Source: an uncultured Bacteroidales bacterium (lineage in GTDB: Bacteria > Bacteroidota > Bacteroidia > Bacteroidales > UBA10428). Taken from it: DNA of 64,000 bases. The stretch covers positions 30,411 to 94,410 of the forward strand of contig CAYWCR010000002.1 in the NCBI GenBank assembly GCA_964456825.1, written 5' to 3'. Positions 48,001-56,243 of the stretch are shown one piece after another. The position numbers and the translations under genes are program-made. The notes under the pieces were generated by a model that did not search any database, was not told the origin of the DNA, and worked only from the letters and a program-made list of their open reading frames with translations. Positions within the stretch are counted from its first letter, which is position 1. Every line of letters starts with the position of its first letter.

Positions 48001-48094
48001 GGAAGGGCAGGGATGATACAAGGGCCAGCATGCACATACCACGGATTGTTTTGCGGGTAAAATGCAGCCCGTTGATAATAAGACGGATTAGCAT
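45035..48094 (-). CDS. susC: SusC/RagA family TonB-dependent transporter
   Basis: CarboxypepD_reg-like N-domain (ITGRIVSS...LPGVNILIKGT..G..TDFDGNYSI), TonB-box/plug (DQIVVIGYGTVKKSDLTGSV), and a C-terminal beta-barrel ending in F. No STN/anti-sigma domain. The true start is probably an internal Met (MCMLALV...). Confidence 0.9.
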   Translation of the reverse strand: MLIRLIINGLHFTRKTIRGMCMLALVSSLPFLSYAQERTITGRIVSSDNNETLPGVNILIKGTTKGAVTDFDGNYSIVVGPADSVLFFSFIGYNPKEVSIGSQTVIDVVLEQESVQLDQIVVIGYGTVKKSDLTGSVSSVKAKDITKITSISPEQSLMGKAAGVQVTNTSGAPGAIPVIRIRGVGTFNNSSPIFVVDGLILDNISFLNSADIESMEILKDASATAIYGSRGANGVIIITTKSGKIGDAKPAISYSGEVSIQKLAKKIDLLDGKEFATIANEIRAGSYNNVDLVPNTDWQDLVFHTAPMQSHQFSASGATDRSQYYFAIGYINQKGIIDKSNYERITIKLNNVYNLASFLKLGNNITLAPYKQQNAPNVTYSAYRAQPLLEPYFPDGSFSGVYNVGNALADLEYSNDFNRGVRGVGNVFVEGSIAKAFTIKSSFGVVSNLTKVEKFTPAYLIYYPDGTPSQQQNIYSDLYKENNTYLTWLWENTLNFNKTFNKHSLDAVIGYTMQNTTSEQFRIHGENLLRDGEDLWYIKDVNIYSDPNINTLKDIKNEVDPSYYYSMISYLFRANYTYGNRYILTFTFRRDGSSKFISDKRFSNFPSFAAGWNISEENFMQNIGVISKLKLRGSWGMIGNEKIQFYDRFARTKDLLAVFGQAEASNPAVSYGVSGNPDLTWENTKQTDIGLEVGVFENKLTAEFDYYRRVTDDILVQLSTPGYLGNGQGQKIRYNAASVLNRGMEFMLSYKGRASDFIYNLGVNGSTVHNEVLEIGGNSGIDSVLLGGYLGNGIPVTQSRVGLPIGAFYGYETDGIFQRQEDLDAYPHTSQAEPGDLRFVDVNKDKIISGSDRTYIGSSIPTFIFGFNAEMEYAGFDFSFDFQGQTGNKIFNGKEAVRPDPYNFEQHVMDRWTGPGTSDTEPRPSWGGYNYTPSDRFIQNGSFLRLRNVTLGYTLPASVGEKLFTRNIRIYIKGTNLLTFTRFTGYAPEIGSDDVLSNGIDNGIYPITSVYSFGLNVTF

Positions 48095-48344
48095 AATGCT
48101 TCGGTTTAGTTATACTAAAGTTAGGATGAAAGTATGACCCTGTGCAATAAATCAGATTCACATAAAATACACCATTGCAAAATGAGTCCGGTGCTTACCT
48201 CATTTTTACTACTTCATGACCATGTATATATTTATATATGAATAAGTTAATTAATCGATCCAACAGCTGAATGGTATATTGGATGTACCTCAGGTGAGTC
48301 TCTCTCTCTATTAAAAGGTAATGTTCACTTTGAAAAAAAACGGG

Positions 48345-51176
48345 TTAAAATTCCATAATATAAGCTGTCAGATTAACATCCCTGTCCAATTTCATTTTTT
48401 TGCGCAGGCGGTAACGGTGGTTTTCAACACCCCGCATGGAAATTCCCAGCAGCGGAGCTATTTTTTTTGAAGAAAGGTTCATGCGTATGTAAGCGCATAA
48501 TTTCAGGTCACTGGGAGTGAGTCCCGGGTATTTCTTTTTTATACGCTGCAGAAACTCCTCATGTGCCTGCTCAAAATTGCTTTCAAATGCCTTCCAGTCA
48601 TCTTCATTGGTTATATTGCTTTCCAGCAGATGCAACAAATCCTTGAAATGATTCCAGTCAGCCGGGTCGATATTCTTCCTGCTACGGCTCAGCAACATTT
48701 TCATTTCCATTAACATTTCATTCTTTTTGATCATTGAATAGGTTGTATTTGCCAGCTGCAGGCTTTTAAAATGAATTTCCGTCTGAAGTTTTTCATTTTT
48801 AAGCTTGATCAGTTCCCTCTCTTTTTCAAGGCTTAGCCTGATCTCCTGCTTTTTTAACCGGCGCAATATGTAATATCGGACCATAAGGAATAATCCTGCC
48901 AGCAGTAAGATATAGAGAAGTCTTAAAGGTGCAGACCAATACCAGGGTGAAGAGATGGTAAAGCCAATCTGGTTTTCCTTTGACATATTTCCATCCCCGT
49001 CCATGGCTTTGACGTGGAAAACGTAGCTTCCCGAGGGCAGCCGGTCGTATTTGAATACCGGAGATCCGGTTTGAATCCAGTCTTCATCAATGCCGTCAAG
49101 TTTCACCCAAAAACGAATGGCGGTATAATAAACCGGGCAGGAATAATGCAAAACGATGCTGTTCTGGTTATAAGGCAATTCTATGGACTCCTTGGCAGTC
49201 TCTCCGGATGGGAGTATGATAAGTTTTCTTTTCCCCGTGGCAATCATTTTATCGATACGGGTTATTTTCTTCAGGATAAGGTTTTGTTCAGGCCCCGGAT
49301 TAATGATGGCCATGCCGTTTTCAAGACAAACAATCCATTTATTGCGTTCAATGGTATAAATATTTTCATTGTGACGGATGAGTTTATGGTCAAGCTGTTC
49401 ATAGGGAACTGACATTACCAGGATGACTTTGCCTGATTGGATCTTGTACAGATCCAGTGATGATGATGTCGAGAACCAGTATTGACTATCACCGGCAGAA
49501 AATATGCCGGTGATAAAGGAATTTGCTTTTTTCTGGTTTTCAATGAAATCAAAGAGCATTATGCTATCGTAAAGATCATTGTATGTATACACCTTACCCT
49601 CGTTGGTAAACACGATCCTGTTTTGAAGGTTAAAAACATTAATATGATAATCACTGGTAAAACCATTGCTGATGCCATAGTATTTTTTTTCGGTAACGGC
49701 GGTAAGATCATCGCTGAGCTTCAACCTGTATAACCCCCGTTGCAAATGGCTGGCCCAGATATTTCCCAGGTGATCAACCTGGATATGCCGGACCGGGTTC
49801 CTGAAGTTTTCAATGGTATGGCTGAACCTCCATTTGCCATTTTGTTTTGAGTATAGCACAAGGTCAGTATAAGTACTTTGCAATAGGTATTCCTTTGAAT
49901 CATGAACCAGTTTGCAGCAGGAAAATCCGCCGGTCACAGGGGATATAGATTCAATGCTGTTGTCCCGTATTTCAAAGGTGCCTTCATTATGACCACATAT
50001 CAACTGGTCATCAAATTGGTCAATTGACCATACCTGGCCCTGACTGTGGTCGATGAATTGAAAATTCAGGCTAAGACCGCCGGATGGCCTGGTAAAATCG
50101 CAATAAAACAATCCCTGATTAGTGCCAGCATACAACACATTATCTTTGATATGCACGGCATAAACCGAACCAAGTTCACCGGTAAGATCATAATAGTAGG
50201 TCAGATTGCTTTCAGGGCAGATCAGGTCTATTCCGTTATCAAGGCCTGTCCAAAGCAGACCGTCAGCATCGACAAAAACGTCGAGCACGGTATTATGCTG
50301 TAAACCATTTTGCTTGTTGACATGAAACAGCAGATGGCCATCCGCATCATAAACCAGGATACCATTCAGGATGGTACCAATGATGACCATTCCTGACCGT
50401 GTAACCGTTCCCCGGTTTATGTTTCCCTTTTTCACCAGCTCAGCCTGATCGGTTCCCCACGTTGATATTGTGCCCAGGGTATCGTAAACGAATATTCCGT
50501 CGTCAGCTGTGGCTATCAGCATTTTCCCCTGCCTGTGGGGAAGCATCACCCTGATCATTTTTGTTTTGAAAAAGTCAGCGTTATCGACCGGTGCTATGGA
50601 GGTATCCCGAAGACTGTACAAGCCATCGCCTGATATAAGCAGATACAATTCATCATTTACCTGTGCAAAGCAGTTAATCAATCCGGGAGGATTAATGACC
50701 CTGACCGAATTGCCGTTGTAAGCAAAAATTACTGAAAAAGACTGAAAATAAGTAATTCCTTTCCATGTTATAATCTTCCATATTTCTTCATTACGAAAGG
50801 CAAACCCTTTAAGCAACGGTTTAAGGGAAGTGTACATGAGTTCCCCGGTATTGTCCCTTTCCCAGTATCCGAATTCCTCATAGGAACCCGTAAATATCCT
50901 TCCTGAAGACGTTACTTCCAGGGATCTGACAATCATCTCATCAGGCATGGGGTATGTCTTCCAACTGATCCCGTCAAACGTCAGCAAACCCAGATTATTG
51001 GCAAAATATAATATACCATGGCTGTCCTGGCCTATGCTCCAGTTCTGATTATCAGCCTTATAAACAATTTTTGGAAAGTTTTTTATCCTGGGCTGGCTGA
51101 ATCTGACAGGAACATTTCCATGGACTGACAACAGTAAACCGATTACCGCCAATAGGGAGGAAAAGAGTTTTATCAT
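48345..51176 (-). CDS. Membrane-spanning one-component regulator: periplasmic propeller repeats and Y_Y_Y, TM, coiled coil, C-terminal LuxR/GerE-type HTH
   Basis: 943 aa. Signal/anchor. Y_Y_Y segment (FWVKLDGIDEDWI...GSYVFHVKAMD). TM LRLLYILLLAGLFLMVRYYIL. HTH LTPSDLKLCAYIRMNLSSKKIAPLLGISMRGVENHRYRLRKKM. No histidine kinase or receiver motifs. Confidence 0.75.
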   Translation of the reverse strand: MIKLFSSLLAVIGLLLSVHGNVPVRFSQPRIKNFPKIVYKADNQNWSIGQDSHGILYFANNLGLLTFDGISWKTYPMPDEMIVRSLEVTSSGRIFTGSYEEFGYWERDNTGELMYTSLKPLLKGFAFRNEEIWKIITWKGITYFQSFSVIFAYNGNSVRVINPPGLINCFAQVNDELYLLISGDGLYSLRDTSIAPVDNADFFKTKMIRVMLPHRQGKMLIATADDGIFVYDTLGTISTWGTDQAELVKKGNINRGTVTRSGMVIIGTILNGILVYDADGHLLFHVNKQNGLQHNTVLDVFVDADGLLWTGLDNGIDLICPESNLTYYYDLTGELGSVYAVHIKDNVLYAGTNQGLFYCDFTRPSGGLSLNFQFIDHSQGQVWSIDQFDDQLICGHNEGTFEIRDNSIESISPVTGGFSCCKLVHDSKEYLLQSTYTDLVLYSKQNGKWRFSHTIENFRNPVRHIQVDHLGNIWASHLQRGLYRLKLSDDLTAVTEKKYYGISNGFTSDYHINVFNLQNRIVFTNEGKVYTYNDLYDSIMLFDFIENQKKANSFITGIFSAGDSQYWFSTSSSLDLYKIQSGKVILVMSVPYEQLDHKLIRHNENIYTIERNKWIVCLENGMAIINPGPEQNLILKKITRIDKMIATGKRKLIILPSGETAKESIELPYNQNSIVLHYSCPVYYTAIRFWVKLDGIDEDWIQTGSPVFKYDRLPSGSYVFHVKAMDGDGNMSKENQIGFTISSPWYWSAPLRLLYILLLAGLFLMVRYYILRRLKKQEIRLSLEKERELIKLKNEKLQTEIHFKSLQLANTTYSMIKKNEMLMEMKMLLSRSRKNIDPADWNHFKDLLHLLESNITNEDDWKAFESNFEQAHEEFLQRIKKKYPGLTPSDLKLCAYIRMNLSSKKIAPLLGISMRGVENHRYRLRKKMKLDRDVNLTAYIMEF

Positions 51177-51362
51177 TTTAGAAATAAAGGAGTTGCCTTA
51201 TTTTAGCAGTAAGGTAGTAATTTTCCGTAAAAAACACAATGATCATACTGAACTGAGCGGTTAATATCTTTATCTATTGTTCATCAGCAACCTATAGGAT
51301 TTAATTATTTGATATCGTATCTTTCGGAAAATTAAATTATCTATTAACTAAACAATCATCCT

Positions 51363-52133
51363 ATGAAAAAATTTCTTTCATTCATGTTTGTACTGGCTTT
51401 TTTTTCTTACCAGGTTGCTCTCAGCCAGGAAACTGAAGGATTCAGTTTGATCAGTAAGAAAGGCATTAATATTTTGCCAGAAAGCGGAGATATGGCGCTG
51501 GGTATTAATGCCACACCCTTTTTATCTTATATCGGTGGATTTTTCTCAGACTATGGAGCCAGTGCTCCGGCATTTACCTTTACGGCCCAGAATCCGGGGC
51601 AAATATACGTTAAAAAAATGCTTACCGACCGTAAGGCTATCCGTCTTGCCTTCAGGATTGGATTGTCACAACACACCGAACCCGTAGGAACGGATCCGGA
51701 TGTGGATATAAAGTATGTCAACAGTGCTGCTGCACTTGGGTTACAGGTTGCACTGGAGAATGCATTCCTTTACAAAAGCCGCGTCAGAGGTTATTATGGC
51801 GCAGGAATTATGATCATGAAAGACCCTTATGAAGCAGAACTGGGAACCGGATCAATTTCCTACAAGGATGCTGATGACTCCGACAATAACTGGAAAGAAA
51901 AGGGAGGCATTAGTATTGGTGGTGGTATAGGTGGAATTCTTGGCGTTGAAGTTTTCTTTGCTCCGAAAATATCGCTGGCCGGTGAATTCAATATCGGACT
52001 GATGGTTAGTAAATCCACCGACAGGATTTATTCAGAAGAAGGTGAAGATGATGAAATCCTGGAACGCGGCGGAATGACAATCGGCTTTGACAATATTGCC
52101 AGTGGTGCTTTGATTATGAATTTCTACTTTTAA
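51363..52133 (+). CDS. Small outer-membrane beta-barrel protein
   Basis: 256 aa. Signal peptide FVLAFFSYQVALSQE. Alternating beta-strand pattern, Gly-rich loop, C-terminal aromatic residue (MNFYF). Confidence 0.6.
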   Translation: MKKFLSFMFVLAFFSYQVALSQETEGFSLISKKGINILPESGDMALGINATPFLSYIGGFFSDYGASAPAFTFTAQNPGQIYVKKMLTDRKAIRLAFRIGLSQHTEPVGTDPDVDIKYVNSAAALGLQVALENAFLYKSRVRGYYGAGIMIMKDPYEAELGTGSISYKDADDSDNNWKEKGGISIGGGIGGILGVEVFFAPKISLAGEFNIGLMVSKSTDRIYSEEGEDDEILERGGMTIGFDNIASGALIMNFYF

Positions 52134-52183
52134 TAAATGAGGTTCTGACAGAGGAAAGCATTAAGCTTTCAAGTCATTTATAT

Positions 52184-52220
52184 AACCCTGTATTGTCGGA
52201 TGACGATGCGGGGTTTTTTT
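52184..52220 (+). terminator. Rho-independent terminator of the OM beta-barrel gene
   Basis: 14-bp stem aaccctgtattgtc/gacgatgcggggtt (3 G-U pairs), loop ggat, then T7. Confidence 0.7.
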
Positions 52221-52247
52221 ATTTGTTGATCGGTTGATGGGGATTTT

Positions 52248-52399
52248 AGTCGTTCAGTCTGGAAGTCTTGCAGTCTTGCGGTCCTGCAGTCAGGAATTTA
52301 GCGATTCAGGTGTTTAGCTTGTTAGGGGTTTAGCTTTTTAGGAATATAGGTGTCTATTGCTAAACCGCTAAATTGCTAAATAGCTAAAACGCTAAGATG
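52248..52399. repeat. 152-bp tract with strict 8-nt phasing: AGTCnnnn x6, TTTAG-type x7, CTAAAnnG x5
   Basis: The tract cuts without slippage into 19 octamers (agtcgttc agtctgga agtcttgc agtcttgc ggtcctgc agtcagga atttagcg attcaggt gtttagct tgttaggg gtttagct ttttagga atataggt gtctattg ctaaaccg ctaaattg ctaaatag ctaaaacg ctaagatg). Confidence 0.85.
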
Positions 52400-52431
52400 C
52401 ATTCACTTTTCGTTTTTCACTATTCACTGTC

Positions 52432-53529
52432 CTATACTTCCGCTTTTTTCTCCTTATCCTTTTTTCCAAAATGCAATGAATCTCCCCATTCACCGTAGGC
52501 AATCTCGTTCCCTGTCCGGGCAATTCGGGTTTCCAGGCAGGAATGACAGTCTTCAGCACGCTCACCGGAACAGGGCTTGTTTTCATATAACTTATAGACT
52601 TCATGGTACTGTTCCGGGGTAATATTAGGCATGATAACATTTGCTCCAACCATCAGGGCTTTCTCACGTCCTGTCGGATCAATTGCCTGCAACGCCGTTG
52701 TTGAAGCGATATTAATATCTTTCATCACCAGCCGCAATACAGCGATCATGTTGAGGCTAAGCTGAAATCTGTCTTCTTTTGTCATCAACAGATCCCGGAA
52801 TTCATACAGGGGCGTTTGCTGATGTTCCAGGTAGGGACCCATGCCAACCATGTCGATATCAATCCGTTTCATGAAAAGAATGTCGTTGGCCAGGTCCTCA
52901 AAGGTTTGGAATGGAAGTCCGATCATAACCCCTGTCCCCACCTGGTAACCTGCACTCCTGAGATCCTCAAGGCAGCGCACACGGGTTTCAAAGCGATGGT
53001 GCTGGTCATCGGGGTGAATCCTTTGATAAAGGTCGGCATTGGACGTTTCAATACGCAAAAGATAGCGACTGGCACCACTTTCAAACCAACGCCGGTATGT
53101 TTTCCAGGATTGCTCACCACAGGAAAGCGTCACCCTGAGCTTCCCGTCAGACAGTTCGCGAATCTTCCGGAGCAGATTTTCAATCCGTTTTGTAAATCCC
53201 TCTCCTTCAAGTTCACCTGATTGCAGCACAATGGAACCATAATGTTTCTCAACAGCAAAATATGCGGCATTCAGAACTTCTTCATCAGAAAGGTTGTACC
53301 GTTTTATCAGCTTATTGTCCTTCCGGATTCCGCAATAAAAACAATTCTTTTTACATTGATTGGAAAGTTCAATCAGTCCCCGAAGATAAACTTTGTTCTG
53401 CACGTGCATTTCCTTTACCTGCGCTGCCTTCTCATAGAGCAGTTCTTTTTCGCTGCCAGCTGCTTTCAGCAGACAGGCAATTTCCTCCGCATCCAATGAT
53501 TCTTTTGAAAGTATTTCAGCTATTTCCAT
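52432..53529 (-). CDS. hydE: [FeFe]-hydrogenase H-cluster radical SAM maturase HydE
   Basis: 365 aa. CKKNCFYCGIR (CX3CX2C). Biotin-synthase-like fold. Last gene of the hydG-hydF-hydE run. Confidence 0.85.
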   Translation of the reverse strand: MEIAEILSKESLDAEEIACLLKAAGSEKELLYEKAAQVKEMHVQNKVYLRGLIELSNQCKKNCFYCGIRKDNKLIKRYNLSDEEVLNAAYFAVEKHYGSIVLQSGELEGEGFTKRIENLLRKIRELSDGKLRVTLSCGEQSWKTYRRWFESGASRYLLRIETSNADLYQRIHPDDQHHRFETRVRCLEDLRSAGYQVGTGVMIGLPFQTFEDLANDILFMKRIDIDMVGMGPYLEHQQTPLYEFRDLLMTKEDRFQLSLNMIAVLRLVMKDINIASTTALQAIDPTGREKALMVGANVIMPNITPEQYHEVYKLYENKPCSGERAEDCHSCLETRIARTGNEIAYGEWGDSLHFGKKDKEKKAEV

Positions 53530-53546
53530 TGAATATCCAATGCCTG

Positions 53547-54776
53547 TTAAAGATGAATTTCATAACTCCTGCTTTGGCTTATGAAAGGCTCAATGGCACG
53601 GTCGTAAACGCCTTGCATCCAGGCTATGGCCATGCCATAATTGGTGACCGGAATGCCTTTGTCGATAGCCTGCCTTAAACGATTCACCAGTTGTTTCCGG
53701 GTGATCATGCAGCCTCCGCATTGCACCACCAGGGCATAATCATTAACAGGTCTCTCAAGCCTGTTCAGTCCTGCCACCACATCGAAATGCAGATTCTTTC
53801 CGGTAAAGCTGCTGAGCCAGCGGGGTAATTTAATCCTCCCGATATCATCGCAGGTAACATGATGGGTGCAGGATTCCAGTATGAGCACGCGATCACCATC
53901 TGCCAGTCGGGATATTGCGGGAGTTCCTTTCAGGTAACTGTCAAACTCACCTTTGTAGCGGGCCAGCAAAATACTGAAGCCGGTGAGCGGAATATCCATG
54001 GGCACCAAAGCATTGGCCTTAATGAAGATTGAACTGTCACAAACGGCTAAACGGGGTTTAATGCCTGATTTATGCAGGAAGTCCTCCACTTCGCTTTCCT
54101 TTAATACGATAGCGACACATTGGTTGTCAAGCACATCCCGTATGGCCTGCACCTGCGGCAGTATGAGGCGTCCTTCCGGGGCTTCTGTATCAATCGGCAC
54201 GATGAGCAATATGATATCCCCCGTTGTGATAAAATCTCCCAGCAGGGATAGTTTCTGATAGGCCGTAGCCGGCATGGTTTTGCGAATGGCATCAACCAAA
54301 GCCCCGGTTTTTGAAGGCTGCAATGCGCTGAATTCAATCACCGGCTGTTCAAACTTTTTTGTGATCTGCTGTTTTAGTTGCGGCTGCATGGCTTCATGGT
54401 CCTCTTTGTTGTGAACAAACAGGCAGGGAACACCGTTTTCATAGAATTCATCCAGCAGTTCTTCTTCATAATGGTCAAAGCGATTATCCGAAAGCACAAG
54501 GATCGCCATATCGATCGCCTGAATCACCTGCCTTGATTTCAGGACCCGCTTCGCGCCCAGTTCTCCTGAGTCATCAATACCGGCGGTGTCGATCATCACA
54601 ACAGGGCCGATCCCGAAGATCTCAACGGATTTTTTTACCGGATCAGTGGTTGTGCCCGGCACGGGAGAAACAATGGCCACATCCTGCCCGGTGAGAACAT
54701 TGATGATGGAACTTTTGCCGGCATTCCGGCGGCCGAAAATGCCGATATGGGGTTTGGCGTCTTTTCCTTTATTCAT
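53547..54776 (-). CDS. hydF: [FeFe]-hydrogenase H-cluster maturation GTPase HydF
   Basis: 409 aa. P-loop GRRNAGKSS, DTAG, NKED. C-terminal cluster motif CTH-x46-QCGGC. Confidence 0.85.
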   Translation of the reverse strand: MNKGKDAKPHIGIFGRRNAGKSSIINVLTGQDVAIVSPVPGTTTDPVKKSVEIFGIGPVVMIDTAGIDDSGELGAKRVLKSRQVIQAIDMAILVLSDNRFDHYEEELLDEFYENGVPCLFVHNKEDHEAMQPQLKQQITKKFEQPVIEFSALQPSKTGALVDAIRKTMPATAYQKLSLLGDFITTGDIILLIVPIDTEAPEGRLILPQVQAIRDVLDNQCVAIVLKESEVEDFLHKSGIKPRLAVCDSSIFIKANALVPMDIPLTGFSILLARYKGEFDSYLKGTPAISRLADGDRVLILESCTHHVTCDDIGRIKLPRWLSSFTGKNLHFDVVAGLNRLERPVNDYALVVQCGGCMITRKQLVNRLRQAIDKGIPVTNYGMAIAWMQGVYDRAIEPFISQSRSYEIHL

Positions 54777-54791
54777 GCAGGATGTTAAATT

Positions 54792-56219
54792 TTAATAATA
54801 TAAATCACGCTCTCCGGCTTTTATGCGGTCAAGACGGCTGCGGATACCGGATACATCACCCTGGCCGTTCATCTCCTTCAGCTGCTTTTCAATAAGGGCC
54901 CATCCTTTGGCTGCTGTTTGCTGAGGTGCATAATCCACCAGGTATTCCGCCAGCGTCAGCATGGCATTGGGTGAGCAAAACCTTTTAATGAATCCCGGCA
55001 CCGAAAACTCCATGAAATGCTCACCGGTTCGCCCCAGCCGGTAGCAGGCAGTGCAAAAGGAAGGGGTATAGCCCGATTCGATCAGTTCTTCCATTACAAG
55101 GTTCAGCGGCCGGTCATCGTTAATCCTGAACTGTTCGCGGTTGAGGTTCTGTGAAGCATCGCCGGTTTCCGCGTAGGAGCCTATTTCAAGTTTTGTGCCC
55201 GCATCGATCTGGGACACCCCGTATCGCATGGCTTCCATACGTATTTGTGCCCCTTCACGGGCTGTCAGGATCATCCCGGTATAGGGAACAGCCAGCCTCA
55301 GTATGGCTATCATGCGGGTGAAATCCTCATCCGACACCTTATATTTTCCGTTGAAGTTAACCAGAGATGCTTCCTGGTAACGCGGGAAGGATATCGTATG
55401 GGGGCCGACATTATAGCAGGCTTCCAGGTGATTGGTATGACGGATCAGCGACATCACCTCAAAACGCCAGTCATACAATCCGAAAAGAGCGCCGATACCG
55501 ACATCATCGAGTCCGGCTTCCTGTGCCCTGTCGAGGGCTGTCAACCGGTAGTTATAGTCTTTTTTCCGCCCCGAAGGATGATACCAGGTATAGGCTTCGG
55601 GATGGTATGTTTCCTGGAATATCTGGTAGGTGCCTATACCGGCTTGCTTAACAGTCCTGAAGCCCTCAATATCCATAGGTGCCGCATTGACATTAACACG
55701 GCGGATCTCGCCATGGCCCTTTTTAACGGCATATACGGTACGAACAACACCGGCAATATATTCAGGGCTGTATTCGGCGTGCTCTCCAAAGACCAGGATC
55801 AGTCTTTTCTGCCCCTTGTCTTCGAGGGCCTCAACTTCGCTGATGATCTCGTTCTGGTCCAGCGTTTTTCTTATAGCAGCCTTGTTCGATGTCCTGAAGC
55901 CACAGTACTGGCAGTTGTTCATGCATTTGTTGCCGATATAAAGGGGGGCAAACAATACGATCCGGTTACCGTACACCGCCTCTTTCAAACGCCTTGCCCC
56001 GTCGCGTATCTCTTCCACGATGGAGGGGTCATCGGTATTCAGCAACATGGCTGTTTCAGCCAGGCTAAGCCTGTTTTTATCGAGCGATTTGGCGATGATG
56101 TTGCGTACCGCTTCTTTATCAGGTTTGGCATGGGAGAGGTAATACTCAATCTCAGCGGCATCCACGAATGGCTTCATGGGCTTATCGGGGATCCGGTACT
56201 TCTCCGGTGCAAATTTCAT
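54792..56219 (-). CDS. hydG: [FeFe]-hydrogenase H-cluster radical SAM maturase HydG
   Basis: 475 aa. CMNNCQYCGF (CX3CX2C) and C-terminal CTAC-x22-C motif characteristic of HydG. Confidence 0.9.
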   Translation of the reverse strand: MKFAPEKYRIPDKPMKPFVDAAEIEYYLSHAKPDKEAVRNIIAKSLDKNRLSLAETAMLLNTDDPSIVEEIRDGARRLKEAVYGNRIVLFAPLYIGNKCMNNCQYCGFRTSNKAAIRKTLDQNEIISEVEALEDKGQKRLILVFGEHAEYSPEYIAGVVRTVYAVKKGHGEIRRVNVNAAPMDIEGFRTVKQAGIGTYQIFQETYHPEAYTWYHPSGRKKDYNYRLTALDRAQEAGLDDVGIGALFGLYDWRFEVMSLIRHTNHLEACYNVGPHTISFPRYQEASLVNFNGKYKVSDEDFTRMIAILRLAVPYTGMILTAREGAQIRMEAMRYGVSQIDAGTKLEIGSYAETGDASQNLNREQFRINDDRPLNLVMEELIESGYTPSFCTACYRLGRTGEHFMEFSVPGFIKRFCSPNAMLTLAEYLVDYAPQQTAAKGWALIEKQLKEMNGQGDVSGIRSRLDRIKAGERDLYY

Positions 56220-56243
56220 TATTATGGTTTTTATCCGTTATCC

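Noticed and set aside
52248-52399. Possible CRISPR array
   Set aside because: The period is only 8 nt with no unique spacers, and no cas genes are in the window. It is reported instead as a phased word array.
52392-52649. 85-aa minus-strand ORF overlapping the hydE 3' end
   Set aside because: It is out of frame with and nested in hydE, and its C-terminal part runs into the octamer repeat tract. There is no support for it as a gene.
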